A stretch of 64,000 bases of DNA from Chiloscyllium plagiosum (Eukaryota). A program made the translations under genes and the position numbers. The notes below the pieces were generated by a model. It was not told where the DNA came from. It was given only the letters and a program-made list of their open reading frames with translations, and did not search any database. Below are positions 36,076 to 48,390 of the stretch, piece by piece (the stretch's first letter is position 1; every line of letters starts with the position of its first letter). Location of the stretch: NCBI RefSeq assembly GCF_004010195.1, contig NC_057710.1, positions 94,213,728-94,277,727 of the forward strand, written 5' to 3'.

Positions 36076-36424
36076 GATTCTACCTTTTACTTCTTTTTTT
36101 GTTCTCTACAGTAGTTAGCGAAGAGATATGGAATGGTATCCTTTATAAATAGAAGCACATTCGGGGCAGACATGAGATTAAAGAAATTAAACTGTCTGAC
36201 TCTTTTGGGTACTGATGAGTTGAGTGGCACATGGCTTGGGAAATGTTCGATAACAAGGATGGTGAAAGTTGAGCCTTTTGGTATCAGCAACAGTGGATCC
36301 ACCTGGAACAGATAGTCCTGTTGCCCAAAGGAATCGTTAAGTTACACCATAGATCTATCCAAACATTGGCTACTTTATACTGTTAAATTCTGAACTTTCC
36401 AAAGATTTAATCTCACTAATCTTT

Positions 36425-36710
36425 TAACCCATGACCACTACCACATAGAAAGACAGGGCAGCAAATAGATGTGAAAACCACCTGAAAGTTCATCTCCAAG
36501 CCATCACACTATTGACTTGGAAATTAATCACTGTTCATTCAGTGTCAATAGGTCAAAATCCAAGAGTCCGTCAGACAGCATTGAGTCTACCTACAGCAAA
36601 TGGAGTACATCAATTCAACTGGCCACCACCTTCTCAAGGACAGCCAGGAATGAGCAATGAATGCTGGCTTAACCAATAATGCCCACAGCCTGTGAATGAA
36701 TAAAAAGTAA
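36425..36710 (+). mobile_element. Old LINE 3' fragment
   Basis: Ends aatgctggcttaaccaataatgcccacagcctgtgaatgaataaaaa. The same tail occurs near 53040-53085 and 54040-54085. Confidence 0.55.
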
Positions 36711-37252
36711 TAACCAAGCACAAACAGAGTCCTTATTTAAGATACACCATTGAATTGTATTCACAACCTGTGCTCTTTATTTTAACTGGCAGTCTGTTAA
36801 TTGTTGTTCAAACCATTAAGCAAATCTGACTGCAATTCTTTACATCTAGTGACTTGTGTGGTCACTCAATGTCAAAGGTTTGTATTTGCAATCAATAAAT
36901 GGTTACTGCATTACACACTTGATTTATTTCATCCTTAAAGATAAGGCAAGGAGGAGTTAAATAACTCAGTTACTTGCTAAAATTCTAATTGAAGATGCAT
37001 AAGATGCAACTAGTGGTGTAAATCAGTTTAACTAGTTGATTTCACCATCAAGACTTAATCAGAGAAGTGAACTGTTGATGATTTGTTCATGAAGAGTTAG
37101 TGATTCATTGGCTTCTCAGGGAATAATTGCAGGACTATTGGAATCAATAATTTAAACTGACCCCCCACACTACAAAACAAAAGGGGAAATGATTTAATAT
37201 CTAGTGTATGAAATGAACAGGAAAGGGTAGAAAAATTGAATTGATAAACTTG

Positions 37253-37863
37253 TGTTATGGACTAGGCCAGACTACTCAAAACATTCTCGAGCAACCCAGA
37301 CCATAACTTTGCAATTTGTTTCTGTAAGTGTAAGTTAGCTAGGTTGACTACCAGGTTTTAAAACAGAAGAAGATTTATTCACAAAATTACAGAATTAAAT
37401 ACAAAGAACAGAATATAGAATACCCACAGAACGCAATCACAAACTAGACTTAATTATACTGTTCCGAATATACACAACAGTCCCATTAAACAAACCTCTT
37501 AAACACAGAGAACAAATGAAACAGAGGCTTGCAGGTCAAAGTTAGAAGGGTAGAAGGAGAGAGAGTCTAGCAGCCTGTTTCCACACAGCCCACTGTTGAA
37601 CACCTAACTAAAGTTCTGAACTGAACTCCACAGCTAGAGAGCTGGCCACACCCCCTTGACTATACAGGTTGCTTCTAAAACATAAAAGTCTGAAGACTCA
37701 TTTGTTTTCACATAAACCAAAATGCTTCTCAATACCCTTTTATCACTGTACCAAACCACTTGATCTGGAGCCTAAGTGGTTTACGACCCCTGTGAAAAAG
37801 ACCAAGGACACCATATCCTTGAGAAAAGGGACAGCTTTTAGAAAAAGGACCAGCTTTATGTCA
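37253..37863 (-). mobile_element. Solo LTR (Gypsy-like)
   Basis: Starts TGTTAT and ends ATGTCA (TG...CA). 4-bp duplication CTTG at 37249-37252 and 37864-37867. AATAAA on the minus strand (tttatt near 37374). Confidence 0.75.
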
Positions 37864-38220
37864 CTTGCTCTTGGTGATTTTCTAAAACCACTAAAAATTC
37901 TGGATACATTTGGCAAATCTGGCAGCATTCACGAAGAAAGAAGTACTGGCTTTTCTGGCTGCTGGCGTTTAATCAGAATCATTTGGACGAATGGTCATCA
38001 ACCTGAGGTGAAATCCAGAATGGCACCAGTACACTAAGCAGTGTTCAGATACATCGGTGTCCATTCGCTCCAGACTGGTGACATCATTTTCTCAATGTAT
38101 TTTTCGTCTTTTCTCCTCTTCCTTTTTTCTTCATTTCGAGGTCGGAGCGGTGTTGACAGGGCATGACTGCAGTGTTGGTGGTGTTTAACAGGACTCCTGG
38201 CAGTGGCAGCATTGTGCCCG

Positions 38221-38285
38221 GAGCCTGGGCGCCCAGCAGCCGTAAGCCTGGAGCCTGGACCCCCAGCGGCAGTAAGCCCAGAGCC
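38221..38285 (+). repeat. 30-bp GC-rich tandem repeat inside an unassigned interspersed element (~38040-38450)
   Basis: gagcctgggcgcccagcagccgtaagcctg / gagcctggacccccagcggcagtaagccca / gagcc. Confidence 0.7.
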
Positions 38286-38772
38286 AGAATTCTTGCAGAA
38301 ACTGTGCTTGACTTTCAATTGAACAGAACTCTTATTTAAGTAATTTCTTTTTATCCTCATTGTACCTCAAAATGGTGCTGGATTGTGGTGACAAACACTT
38401 TTTTTTCATCGTATACTCAATATATTAGTGACAATTAGCAAATTATTCATACAAACTGGATTTCCTGCTGCAAATACTGTGAGACTTGCCATTTCCAGCA
38501 TTTTTCTTAATGTCCAGTTTCTTGATAATTTTGGTTTTGCATTGGCTCAGTGTGATAGCACATAATGTCTGAATGGTGTTCTGTGCTGCTGATGTGTTAG
38601 TGTGTGCCAGAGTTCCACCCAAATAATGGTTTTATCTGGTAGAACCAACCCTAATAAAACACTGAAAACCCCATGTTCTTATGACTAACAGCCTATCTTC
38701 CACCTAAATATTTGTAACCTTTTGTTATGAAATTTTATTGTACACAAATAAAAGCATCATTTCTGGATATAT

Positions 38773-38967
38773 TTAAAAATCACACAACGCCAGGTTATAG
38801 ACCAACAGCTTATTCAGAAGCACTAGCATTCGGAGTGCTACTCCGCAACCAGCTGATGAAAGGAGCAACATTCCGAAAGCCAGTGCTTCCAAATAAACCT
38901 GTTAGACTCCAACCTGGTGTTGTGATTTTTAACTTTGTCCACCCTAGTCCAACATTGGCTCCTCCAC
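38773..38967 (+). mobile_element. Penelope-derived hairpin element (family 2) with a hammerhead motif
   Basis: Inverted arms at ~38773-38843 and ~38861-38932. CTGATGA-aaGGAG-caaca-TTCC-GAAA-gc at 38853-38880. Confidence 0.75.
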
Positions 38968-39074
38968 GTTATTTATGGATATAAATATGGTAATGTCATG
39001 ATCATGTTTACCTTTGAAGGACATGTTTTTGATCTCTTGGTATTTAGCAGTATTAGTAAAAGAGAATGAGATAG

Positions 39075-39205
39075 GTAAAAGCAAAATATTGTGAATGCTG
39101 AAGATCTGAAATAGAAACAGTGCTGGAGAAACTCAGCAGATCTGGCGGCATCTTTTAAATCATGAAATAAAGTTAATGTTTTGAGTCTGATATTACTCTC
39201 TTTTG
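39075..39205 (-). mobile_element. Penelope-derived short element (family 3), decayed
   Basis: aaaagcaaaatattgtgaatgctgaagatctgaaa...gctggagaaactcagcag matches 53712-53790. Confidence 0.6.
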
Positions 39206-39429
39206 GCATTCTGGATGGAGTCTACTTGTACTGGGGTGCTCCTGGACTTCAGAGTTTATTTGTTCTCAAGTCAATAGAAAAAGAAAACTATAGATTGAAT
39301 CACTTGTGTGATTTCAGACAAGTCTGAAGTCCCCTCAGAATTTAGTGTGTTTCAATTCAGTCACTTATGACTCTTCTGAACTCCAGAGCAGACGGGCCTA
39401 GCTGGTCTGGCCTTTTCTGATAAAGCTAT

Positions 39430-40680
39430 CTGTTTGTTCCAGGTATTAGTCTAGTAAACCTCTGAGCTGCTTCCAACACGCATCCTTCTGTATATATGGT
39501 GACCAGTACTGCATTTGTGGGATCTCACCAATTTCTTCTATAATGGACAAATAATCTCCCTACTCTTGTAATTATTCCTCTCATAATAAAACAAAACATT
39601 CTATTAGCTTTCCTGATTTCTTGCTATATCTGCACACTACCCTCTACAAGCCATGCACTAGTACAGCCAGATCTCTGTGCTTCCATGAGCTCTGCAAACA
39701 ACTATTTAGATGATGTGGAAGTGCCAGTGTTGGACTGGGGTGTATAAAGTTAATAATCTTACAGCACCAGGTTATAGTCCAACAGGTTTATTTGGAAGTA
39801 CTAGCTGATGAAGGACCAGCCACCTGATGAAGGAGCAACACTCCAAAAGCTAGTGCTTCCAAATAAATCTGTTGGGCTATAATCTGGTTTTGTGTGATTT
39901 TTAACTATTTAGATAATATGCTTATTTTATTCTTTCTGCCAAAATGAACAATTTCACATTTTCCCACATTATACTCCATTTGCCAGATCTTTGCATACTC
40001 ACTTAACATATCTATACTCCTTGTTTCCTCCTCAACTTCCTAACTATTTTTGGGTCATCATCATATTCAGCTACCATACCTTTATCTAAACCATTTGTAT
40101 CAATTGTAAAGAGTTGAGGCTCCAGCACCGACTCCTGTGGCACATTCTTCATGACATCCTGCCAGCCTGAAAAAAGCCAATTTATTCCTCCTTTCCGTTT
40201 CCTGTTAGCCAGTCACCCTTCTATCCAATGTCAATGTTATCCCAACACCATGAGCTTTTATTTTCTGCAATAGCTTTTGAGAAGTGCGCCTTACCAAATG
40301 TCTTGTTGAAATCTAAGTATAACACATTCATTGATTTCCCCTTTATCCACAGTGTAATTCCTTCTTCAAAGAACTCCGATAAGTTAGTTCAACATGATTT
40401 CTCTTTGACAAAAGATCTGTTGGCTCTGCCTGATCACCTTGAACATATCCAAGTGCCCTGTATTTACTAATGTATTTACTAATAACTTCTAACATTTTCC
40501 TATGACAGATGTTAAAGTAAGTGACTTGTAGAATCCTGCTTTCTACCTCCCTTGCTGACTGAATAAAAAAGTTACATTAGCCGTTTTCCAATCTAAAAGA
40601 ACCTTTCCTGAATCTAATGGGTTTTGCAAAATTAAAACCAACAAGTCAACTATATCATGGACTACTTCTTCTGAGACCCA
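39430..40680 (-). mobile_element. Old CR1 RT fragment, interrupted at 39712-39902
   Basis: Reverse-complement CR1 RT signatures (ctccatttgccag, gactcctgtggcac, catgatttc). Confidence 0.7.
39712..39902. mobile_element. Penelope-derived hairpin element (family 2) with a hammerhead motif
   Basis: 12-bp duplication aactatttagat at 39700-39711 and 39903-39914. Inverted arms. cCTGATGA-aGGAG-caaca-CTCC-aAAA-gcta at 39823-39852 (GAAA decayed). Confidence 0.8.
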
Positions 40681-40888
40681 TCAGAAGCTCGGGATATAAG
40701 TAATTTGTCTTATGGATGTTTATTGAACACTGTATAAATCAATTAATTCACTGGCCCAGGAAAATGCAAGTTTTCTTTTGTACTTGGCACATCTTGTGTG
40801 AACACTTGGACATTGTCTCCCTTAATCCAATTCATTCCTGTTCTGTTCGTAATTTAAGGTCTGTGCACTTGAGTGTAAGTAGAATATT

Positions 40889-42034
40889 AGAACATAGAAC
40901 ATAGAAGAATACAGCGCAGTACAGGCCCTTTGGCCCTCGATGTTGCGCCGATCCAAGCCCACCTAACCTATACTAACCCACTATCCTCCTATATACCTAT
41001 CCAATGCCCGCTTAAATGCCCATAAAGAGGTAGAGTCCACCACTGCTACTGGCAGGGCATTCCATGAACTTACGACCCGCTGAGTGAAGAACCTACCCCT
41101 AACTTCAGTCCAATATCTACCCCCCTTAATTTAAAGCTATGCCCCCTTGTAATACACATCCTTCCTATAGTATGGCGACTAAAACTGCACACAATATTCC
41201 AGATGCGGCCGTACCAGAGTCTTATACAACTGCATCATGACCTCAGGACTCCGGAACTCAATTCCTCTACCTATAAAAGCCAGTACGCCATATGCCTTCC
41301 TCACCGCACTATTTACCTGGGTGGCAACTTTCAGAGATCTGTGTACATGGACACCAAGATCCCTCTGCTCATCCACACTACCAAGTATCCGACCATTAGC
41401 CCAGTACCCCATCTTTTTGTTTTTCTTCCCAAAGTGAATCACCTCGCACTTAGCTACATTGTATTCCATCTGCCACCTTTCTGCCCAGCTCTGCAGCTTC
41501 TCTATATCCTGCTGTACCCTGCCACATGCTTCCTCACTGTCAGCAACTCCTCCGACTTTCGTATCATCCGCAAACTTGCTTACCCAACCTTCTAACCCCT
41601 CTTCCAGGTCATTTATAAAAATGACAAACAGCAATGGTCCCAAAACAGATCCTTGCGGAACACCGCTAGTGACGGCACTCCATGAAGAAACTTTGCCATC
41701 AACTACTACCCTCTGTCTTCTTCCATCCAGCCAATTCCTAATCCAAACCTCTAACTCACCCTCAATGCCATATCTCCGTATTTTCTGCAGTAGCCTACCA
41801 TGGGGAACCTTATCGAACGCCTTACTAAAATCCATATATACCACATCTACCGCTTGCCCCTCATCAACCTCCTTCGTCACCTTTTCAAAGAATTCAATAA
41901 GGTTTGTGAGGCACAACCTGCCCTTCACAAAACCATGCTGACTATCCTTGATCACATTATTCTTATCCAGATGTGCACAAATCCTATCCCTTACAATTCT
42001 CTCTAAGAATCCTATCCCTTACAATTCTCTCTAA
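40889..42034 (-). mobile_element. Young 5'-truncated CR1 with a 258-aa open RT segment
   Basis: ORF 41179..41955 has [21 protein letters not shown] and KFADDTK. (gaacata)n tail; internal deletion near 41155; tandem duplication at the 5' junction. Confidence 0.92.
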
Positions 42035-42899
42035 TATTAACCTGTTTCAACCATTCCAATCATGAAAACTAAAATGTAAAGTGCCAATTTGGCATGTTAA
42101 CTTCAAATTAAAATGTTTTCATCAAAAACCTTTCTTTCCCAGTGCTTCCAGACCTCAAGACCTTTCTCACTCTAATGCTGGTGCTCTCTTCCTTTGCTTC
42201 CACATCCAAAAACACCGCTTTCCATTACATGCCACTAGACAGCACCACCTCAAAACTGCAAGATTCCTAGGTTGTGCCCAGTGTTGATAAAATCAGTATT
42301 ACTTGTAGTATTGTTTAATAATAAATCCATGTTACTTTGAACATTGCTAATTTTGTTGTTTTATTTGCCTACTTCTTTACATGCTTCAAAAATACAGTAA
42401 ACTGTAATGGGCCTGATTACAGAAATAAATTGTCTGACAGGAAACTGACCCGGAGGACAGAAAAGTAATTCTCAGAACCAGATCTCTAAATATTTAATAT
42501 ATTCTATAGTATTCAACTGTTGCAAGAAAACATTCAAGTGTAATGTACAGTGATATATGAATATTTCTTTCTAGTGCAGCCATTCTCGCAGCCACTTCTG
42601 TACAAGTGAAGCCGTGGTGTTGATGGAATTAAGTATGGTATATGAGATACAATGGCTAGAATCGTGTAGGAGCCTGAGTAACTTGGACTATAACAAGATG
42701 TGTGACAGAATCAGGCAACATGAGGGAAGAACCATCTTGGCATCAGGAGAAAGTCACACTGTCTTTTATGCTTTTCACAAGCAGTGTAACATGCTGCTTG
42801 CTGCACAGCATTGAGATGCCTTTGCTGTTAGGTGTCTTGTTAACAGCACAATTTACCTTCATTATATTCAGCCTCCCATCTTACCAAATGCTCCAAATG

Positions 42900-44480
42900 A
42901 GCAAGACATCAGTAAAACTCAACAAGAATTCCAGTGAGGCACCTAGTGATTCACCTTGCCGTTTGATCCAATCAACCTCCATGTTGGAAACTGGGCATTA
43001 ACATTTTGGGATACCCTTCATGGGTACTGTCCACACATATCACATGTCCAAGGACATTGGCATCTAAAATGTGCCAGCCTCCAAGAACTTTCATGGCACA
43101 TCTCTGATCCACTCACAGGATGTTTCTGCACTTCAGTGCAGCCCCTCAGACTGCATCAACAGTGTCATTGTAATGCAGCTGCAAGAAGACACACCCAGCT
43201 GATGTACTGGACCAGGCTTTATCTCTGGCTCTTCGGTCACTGTCGTACCATTCACTCACTTTGACCCTATCTGGTGCTTACGTCATCCCTGCCTTGACTT
43301 GCAACCATGCATTTCCCAATTAGCCAGGGAACCTGGCTGATATTACAGTTGTCTGACATGCAGTTTAGCATGGAGCCAAAGCCTGCTGCAAAGTAAAGAA
43401 CTTTGTTGTGATTGCTAGCAAGCCTCTTTCAATTCAAAGGGTACAGCTTTTCCTCAGGGATCCCTGCATTGTAAGTCATAGGCAGCCTCTGATACCAGTC
43501 CAGGCCCTAGTTGGTTCATCAGAGGAAGGATCTTTCCTCATAAGATACAAGGAGCAAAATGATGAGCACCCTAAAATGCGTCTTAAGTGCTTTTGCCTTG
43601 TGTGGGCTGTTTTCCTCCTGGAATAGAGAAAGATAGGTATTGCAGATGTCAAAAGTGGCAGGCACTGTTCCTACTGTTCATGCAAGTGGTGAGGTGCCCC
43701 ACGTGAATTAGTAGGCAATGCAGAGGTCAACCAGGATTAGTGCTGTCAGGCGGTGGGGAAAGTGAGGACTGCAGATGCTGGAGATCAGAGTCAAGATTAG
43801 AATGGTGCTGGTAAAGCACAGCAGGTCAGGCAGCATCCGAGGAGCAGGAAAATCAACATTTCAGGCAGGAGCCCTTCATCAGGAATCCGGGGGGTGGGGG
43901 TGGTCAGGGGGTGACATTGGTGAGGGTAAGTGAAGAAAAAGGTTGCAGGCAATTGAGAGAGTGGTAAAGCATGAGCCTTGCTTGGAGATGGTACAATAGT
44001 AGAGAAAGAGAGCAGTGAGGTACTGAAGGATGATGGTGGCATGGCGAAGGACATTGACCTTTGGAAGGTTTTGTTCCAGATATGATTTTAGTGCGGCATC
44101 CTCCACGGCTGGTCCTGCTGGAAGACAGTATCCTGCCTGCGCGTCACCCTGACCAACAGCAACTCCTACAATGCAGGGTGCGGTTTTTCTCCTGTCTGCA
44201 ATATCCAGGGAATATGCCAGGAACCACACAGAGAAAGTCCAGACTGACAGAGCTTGTCCAGATGGACAGTGGTGCATGGGTGCAAGAGATGCCAGTGAAT
44301 TCCAGGATATCTGCTGAGTGGTGAGTCGTTCCAGGAAAAAGCATGTCGTATGCTTTTGCAGAAGTTGGATGTGAAACATGACATGCTTGTATTTAGTGAT
44401 TAACGGTGGTGAGTTTGATAAGATGCAATGAGAAAATATGTTAGGCCTTGAGGAGCTAATCACTCCAAAAATATGGTGCA
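42900..44480 (-). mobile_element. Possible decayed PIF/Harbinger transposase remnant
   Basis: Minus-strand VISARFPG (~43322-43345) resembles the Harbinger AR.PGS.HD motif; a GYP-like motif lies near 43015. The rest is very degraded. Confidence 0.35.
43756..43887 (-). mobile_element. Penelope-derived family 1 element with a hammerhead motif
   Basis: Minus strand gattcCTGATGA-A-GGGC-tcct-GCCT-GAAA-tgtt, then the body and the tail ctccagcatctgcagtcctcactttc shared with 2785-2810. Confidence 0.8.
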
Positions 44481-44672
44481 AGTTGGACTTAGCCAAAAAA
44501 AAGATTCAGCTCAACGTGTCTGATGCTGTAAATATACTTGGTTTCCAGTTCAGGTGTTCCAGCAACCTCTACAATGCATGTATAAATACACCCAGAGGTG
44601 CTAGCACTGCTAATAGCAAGCCACTTCCCTTTGTTTAAAAAAAGCTGACATATTATCTCTAATTACCTCGAA

Positions 44673-44815
44673 GGTGAATTGGCCATGCTAAATTGCCCGT
44701 AGTGTTAGGTAAGGGGTAAATGTAGGGGTATGGGTGGGTTGCGCTTCGGCGGGTTGGTGTGAACTTGTTGGGCCGAAGGGCCTGTTTCCACACTGTAATG
44801 TAATCTAATCTAATC
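44673..44815 (+). mobile_element. HE1-type SINE 3' half
   Basis: ggtgaattggccatgctaaattgcccgtagtg...ctgtttccacactg(taatc)n. Confidence 0.85.
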
Positions 44816-46822
44816 AACTGGATCACATTGATAAGCTGAAGGTAAAATTTAATTAGTTCTAACAATGTATATCATTTCTGACTACTGTGTCTGATGATTT
44901 TGATATGAATAAAATATGTAGTATGGTTGATCTTCAGAATTGAAAAATCCCCTCTGGTGCTGTGTATTTAAAATTGCCTATATACCCAAAAAGAAAGAAT
45001 CATAGGGATTTTTGTGGTTTGATATGTTGGAGGATGTTAATGAAATATTATTTATTCTTGGGATATGGGCATTGCTGTCAAGACCAGCATTTATTAACTG
45101 CTTCCAGTTGTCATTAAGAAAGTGGTGAAGAGAAGCTGAAGCAGTCCAACTGGTCTTGATACACCGACAGTGAAGATACAAAGGTTGCTTCGGGATTTTT
45201 GACTTGGTGACAGCAAAGCAACTGTGATACAAATCCAAATAAGTGTGATGTGTAGCTAATGCGTAGAGTTGAATGTCTCACTTATTCATAATATATTGTG
45301 TTTGGGATCCTGTTATTGTATCGTAGTACCAGGGTAACATTGTTATGCTGTTGAAGTTTGTCGTGCATTCTTGGTGTCTGGGAGTGACTCTTGAGGAGTT
45401 GATCCTTATATGTTGAGCTCAGGGTGAGGGCACGTTTTGAAAATCATATTTCTAAAACTGCTGCAACCTCAGTCACATAAGCATTATCTATATACTGAAT
45501 TTATGCGTCCACTCACTCAGAAACTAATCTTAAGAGATGAGTGAACAGTGAGCTCAAGCTTATGAGAAAATGGTCCCTTCATTAGATACTTGGAAAATTA
45601 AGCTACTCTTCCAACCAGCTCCACAGCACAATACTGCCCTACTTCAATTAAGAGCAATGGGGAGATTCTGGAAAATGAGACCATTTTCTTTATCTTGGGA
45701 GCATCCTTTTGACAAAGGTCGATAAAAATTTATCGCTGCTTGAAAATCAGCCAACTGAGAAGAAGAACATTTGAGGACAAGCATCTCAAGATTGTGACTA
45801 TAGTCCTGATTTACTGAGCAGCAGTAATGCTATGCTCTAATGTGGTGAAGTGAGCCATAGCAGGCACTTCAAAGCACTGAGGAAATAAAATTAGCAATAC
45901 CTTCATGAAGTCGTTTGAACCCGGTGGCAAGAAAAGCAGAGCAACAGCACTGTCATCTCCCCAACCAACTGCTCTGTGTCAAGGTGCTAATCACTCAAAA
46001 TCAGCTCCACTGGGCAGGATGTTCCATTTATCTATCTTACACCAAAACTCTTGAGCAAAGGCTTTATCCTTAGAACTTGGTTGTGGCAGGGACTTCTGGT
46101 AGGACAGTGGCAATGCTTTTGATGTATCCTTAAAGCATCCCTGAAAAGGTCAGCTATATCAACATATGCAAATCCCTGGATTATGGCAATGCAAAATGAA
46201 GAAGGCTCATCCAGAAAGACATTGAACATCCAGAAACTTCAGGCATATCAGGGCAAATTCAGGGTAGTAGAGGGCATGGATAAAGTTGCAAATACCCCAT
46301 CTACCAAGCCTTTCAAGCAGCACATGTTTCAAATGTGGCAGTGTCTTCAGATTATGCAATAGATCTCAGCCATCTCCAAACCAGAATGCAAGCAAGTCAT
46401 TCTCGGGGGCTGCTTAAGCAGGAAGAAGGTAATGTAGTGTTTAGTCTTTATCTTTAAGAGACTATTGATTTTCATTCAAGTATAGTATCATGCATTATAG
46501 TCACCCCTTGAGTAGCAAAAGATAAATTTGTTAAAAATTGGATTGTATCAGTGGAAAAAATACAATGTGTCATGTAAGTGCCCAGTATTATTGAGTCCAC
46601 TTGCCCTCAAGGTGTGTCATAAAATATTTGAACACTTTGATTGGAAATATATTTATTAACTATCCTTAATTATCTTTGGTGGTCGTGAGCTACTGCAGTT
46701 GATTGGGTGAATCCCACTATATTGTCATGTCTGGTTCCTAGAATTTAAAGACTGAATAAATGATAAGAATCTGTCTTGGGAATACATTATGTGACTTGGA
46801 CAAAATATTTCCAGTCATGATG

Positions 46823-47320
46823 AAAAGATTCAGAAAAGATTTACAAGGATGTTGCCAAGGTTGGAGGATTTGAGCTGTAGGGACAGGCTGAATAGGCTGG
46901 TGCTATATTACCTGAAATGTCGGAGGCTGAGGGGTGACCTTATAGACGTTTATAAAATCATGAGGGGCATGGATAGGATAAATAGACTAAGTCTTTTCCC
47001 TCGGGTGGGGGAGTCCAGAACTAGAGGGCATAGGTTTAGGTGAGATGGGAAAGATATAAAAGAGACCTAAGGGGCAACTTTTCACGCAGAGGGTGGTAGG
47101 TGTGTGGAATAAGCTGCCAGAGGAATTGTTGGAAGCTAGTACAATTGCAACATTTTAAAGGCATTTGGATGGGTATATGAATAGGAAGGGTTTGGAAGTA
47201 TATGGGCCAATTGCTGGCAGGTGGGACTAGATTGGGGTCGGGATATCTGGTCGTCATGGATGCGTTGGACCGAAGGGTCTGTTTCCGTGCTGTATATCTC
47301 ATGACTGTATGACTCTATGA
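46823..47320 (+). mobile_element. CR1 3' fragment
   Basis: RRLRGDLIDVYKIMRG motif; (ctatga)n tail. Confidence 0.88.
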
Positions 47321-48073
47321 TGTTTCATACATCTACAGCCCCTGCCTTTCTCAGTGGTAGAGGTTATGAGTTTTAAAAGTGCCCTTTGAAGGAACCTTGA
47401 GGTTGCTGCAAAACATTTTGTAGATGGTACGTATTGCAGTCACAGTATAATATAGAAAAAAAATGATTTGACCTAAAGGGTATATAAAGGGTACTTATTG
47501 CCGTTTACGTTTCACTTGCGCCTCCTTCTACCTTACTTCATCTAACCACATCATATATTTCTGTTTCTTTCTCCACCACACATGTCATAATCGAGTCATG
47601 TCTTAAAGGCATTGATAATACTCACTTCAACTACCCTGTATGCTGGTGAGTTTCATTCTAATCAAGACAACAGAATTTCATCTGGAACTTTAACAGTCTC
47701 TGAAATGAGCCCTTTCTTTTGTTTTTTGTGTGATTGACACTGCGACCCAATTAGAATCATGCAGGGTTGTTCTGTCTTTGACATCCTGTTTTGTTTTATT
47801 GTTGGTGTGAACTATGCGCTTGCAAAGGAATCCAGTCAGTTTATTGCAAAACAGTAATGGCCATGTTCTGGATATTACAGAATGGCTAATGTATCAATCT
47901 TATAGTTAGCCACCTCTGATAACTAAAATAGTATTGCCTAAGATTAAAACCCAGCACTTTATTTCAAGATTTGTATCTACATGTTTAATGTAAATATTTG
48001 GCTGCATGAGCATTGCAGAAGTTAACTACCAAAAGTGTTTTTTATGTCACCTTAAGAAAGCACATGTGCCCCA

Positions 48074-48390
48074 TTGTGGTCTTGTGGGGACAGTGGTAGT
48101 ATCCTGTCTCTGAACCAGGCGACCCAGGTTCAAGTCCCAGACCTGCTCCAGAGCTGTGCAGTAACAATTTAGGACAAATGCTCAAGGTAGTGGTGTATTG
48201 GTAATGTAACTGAACCAGAAACCCATACTTCTGGGGATGTGGGTTCAAATCCCACCATGGCAAATTGCAAAATTTAAGGGGCCTGCTTAAGGTGTGGTGA
48301 TGGTGTCCCTACCCCAGAGCCAGGGTTAAAGTCCCACCTGTTCCAGAGGTGTGTAATAACCTCTCTGAACAGGTTAATTAGGAAAATTAG
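48074..48390 (+). mobile_element. Cluster of three short tRNA-derived SINE pieces
   Basis: B-box-like motifs ggttcaagtccc (~48127), ggttcaaatccc (~48242) and ggttaaagtccc (~48323). Confidence 0.6.

Noticed and set aside
36085-36315. Acceptor-like ttctctacagtag followed by a 60-aa ORF
   Set aside because: Stop in the ATP8A1 frame, no convincing donor, and no recognisable protein. The CTGATGA at ~36212 lacks a stem II/GAAA partner.
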